A DNA stretch of 64,000 nt from an uncultured bacterium (GTDB lineage: Bacteria > Acidobacteriota > Thermoanaerobaculia > Multivoradales > JAHZIX01): positions 64,001 through 128,000 of the forward strand of contig CBDUPA010000010.1 of NCBI GenBank assembly GCA_965368975.1, given 5' to 3'. Shown here in pieces: positions 62,669 to 64,000 of this stretch. Position 1 is the stretch's first letter; each line of letters opens with the position of its first letter. The position numbers and the translations under genes were made by a program. Below the pieces are notes generated by a model. That model was given only the letters and a program-made list of their open reading frames with translations, made no database searches and was not told the origin of the DNA.

Positions 62669-63378
62669 ACCAACTCGACGAGCCCGCGCGGCCCTTCGAG
62701 TTCCGCCACCAAGCGCGGTTCGGCACCGGCCGTCACGTGCCAGGTCTCGAGCCCCAAGGCCTGCAAATCCGCCTGCACTCGCGCCGGATCGGGTGCTTCG
62801 AGACGCAGCCGGTGCAGACGAAGCGGTGCGTCGAGGTGTACCGACGGATGCGCCCTAGTCGCCCCATTTTCAGCACCCCAATCGATCAGGAAGGGCACCA
62901 GCCCACCATGACGCAGCCGCAAATCCTCCGGTAGCGCCAGGCGCCACGACAACTCGGTACCGTCCGGCCGGCGCCGACGCATCGCCTGCACTGGCCCCGG
63001 ATCGTAGCCGGCAGCGCGGCTGGCCGTGGCCAGGGCGTCGATCGCCGTCGTGCGCACCGCCCAGGTGCAGAGCCGGGGCTGGGTAAGTCCGTCCAGGCCG
63101 AAGGGCAAGGGCGCAACCTGCTCGGTTTCTACTGCGTCGGCACCCTCTGGATCAGGACCGATCACCTCGAAGTAGGCACCGTGCCCAGACGCCAGCTGCA
63201 GGCCCAGAAGGCGGTTCGCCGTGCCCCAGCCTGGATGCCGGCCTCCCGGGGCGAGACGCACGCCGAGGAGGTCTTCGACCTGCTCGACGCCCGTAGCCAG
63301 GTCCGCAACGCCAAAGACGAGGTGGTCGAGAATCGGCTCCGCGGAGGTCGTGTGGTGGTGGGCTCGTCCTGTCCTCAT
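62665..63378 (-). CDS. VOC/glyoxalase-like protein (Glyoxalase_3 type)
   Basis: LDHLVFGVADL, GGRHPGWGTANRL, YFEVI, PFLIDW. Confidence 0.85.
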   Translation of the reverse strand: MRTGRAHHHTTSAEPILDHLVFGVADLATGVEQVEDLLGVRLAPGGRHPGWGTANRLLGLQLASGHGAYFEVIGPDPEGADAVETEQVAPLPFGLDGLTQPRLCTWAVRTTAIDALATASRAAGYDPGPVQAMRRRRPDGTELSWRLALPEDLRLRHGGLVPFLIDWGAENGATRAHPSVHLDAPLRLHRLRLEAPDPARVQADLQALGLETWHVTAGAEPRLVAELEGPRGLVELV

Positions 63379-63582
63379 ATCTCTCTAGCCTACCAGCAGC
63401 CGACCAGCTCGAGCGGCGTGTCCCAGGCCTGCGGGCGAGCTGCCTACGAACAAGCGCAGGAGGTGGCAGGCAATGCGGGGCGGGTATAGACTTAGAACAG
63501 GCAGGTGGGATTCGAAGCCGTGAAGGACGCCCCCCGGCGCCTCTCGCGTCATCGTTCACCACGCTTCCCAAAGGAGACAGCC

Positions 63583-64000
63583 ATGCGACATGCACGCAGT
63601 CTCACCCTCCTGATACTTTCCCTGGCCGCCTTGCTGGTATTGCCCGCTTCGGCAGCCGACGACCGAGTCGCTGAAGTCTATGCCAAGGGCTCGGTCCTGG
63701 TCTTCGAGCCGACGCTCGAATTCGACACCGTCCAACTCACCGTGCGCGGTCCGAAGCGCACGCTGACGCAGGACGTCTTTCCCTTCGGCCGTGCCTTCGT
63801 CTGGGACGCTCTCGCGAACGACGTGCGGCGGCCGGACGGTGCCTACACTTTCCACCTGCAGGTGCAGCCCTTGATCGACAAGGAAGCGCGCGAACTGGTC
63901 GCCGCTTCGCGCGAGAAGGGCAATGAGGACGAAGTTTTCGTGCGCCTGTGTGAAGAGCGGCGTTTGCCCGCCGAACCGATCACCCAGAGCGGCTACTTCC
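63583..64000 (+). CDS. Secreted protein, N-terminal part only (absent from the ORF track)
   Basis: AAGGAG RBS; MRHARSLTLLILSLAALLVLPASA signal peptide; VQLTVRGP...PDGAYTFHLQVQP...TQSGYF; open to the window end. Confidence 0.75.
   Translation, partial: MRHARSLTLLILSLAALLVLPASAADDRVAEVYAKGSVLVFEPTLEFDTVQLTVRGPKRTLTQDVFPFGRAFVWDALANDVRRPDGAYTFHLQVQPLIDKEARELVAASREKGNEDEVFVRLCEERRLPAEPITQSGYF

Overview
This is a high-GC bacterial chromosomal window. It is probably from Acidobacteriota (Thermoanaerobaculia-like), an inference from the duplicated orphan ABC permease, a C-terminal 'DGFESGD' secreted-protein motif and the general gene repertoire. It holds about 45 CDS and no rRNA, tRNA, CRISPR array or transposase that I could see. 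Housekeeping and metabolic genes (amidase, lhgO, lon, RND pump, 3-hydroxyacyl-CoA dehydrogenase, lepB, rocD, moaA, glgX) are interleaved with dense signalling genes. The highlights are: (1) a split-borosin RiPP locus (78-aa precursor 19187-19423 plus alpha-N-methyltransferase 19619-20476) with its own sigma70 promoter, behind two tandem beta-propeller histidine kinases; (2) a receiver domain fused to an intact LpxC; (3) an apparent operon at 57363-45483 (CHASE8-like hybrid kinase, TonB-dependent receptor with a lone CxxCH loop, TPR protein, solute-binding protein, REC/pseudo-REC, REC-Ser/Thr kinase, moaA); (4) an orphan stand-alone PCP with NRPS docking motifs at both ends; (5) a cNMP-PilZ protein; (6) a likely inactivated PD-(D/E)xK-like protein; and (7) a lower-GC islet with a propeller-M23 peptidase and a Phd/VapC toxin-antitoxin pair. 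All family calls come from motif recognition by eye; no searches were run.
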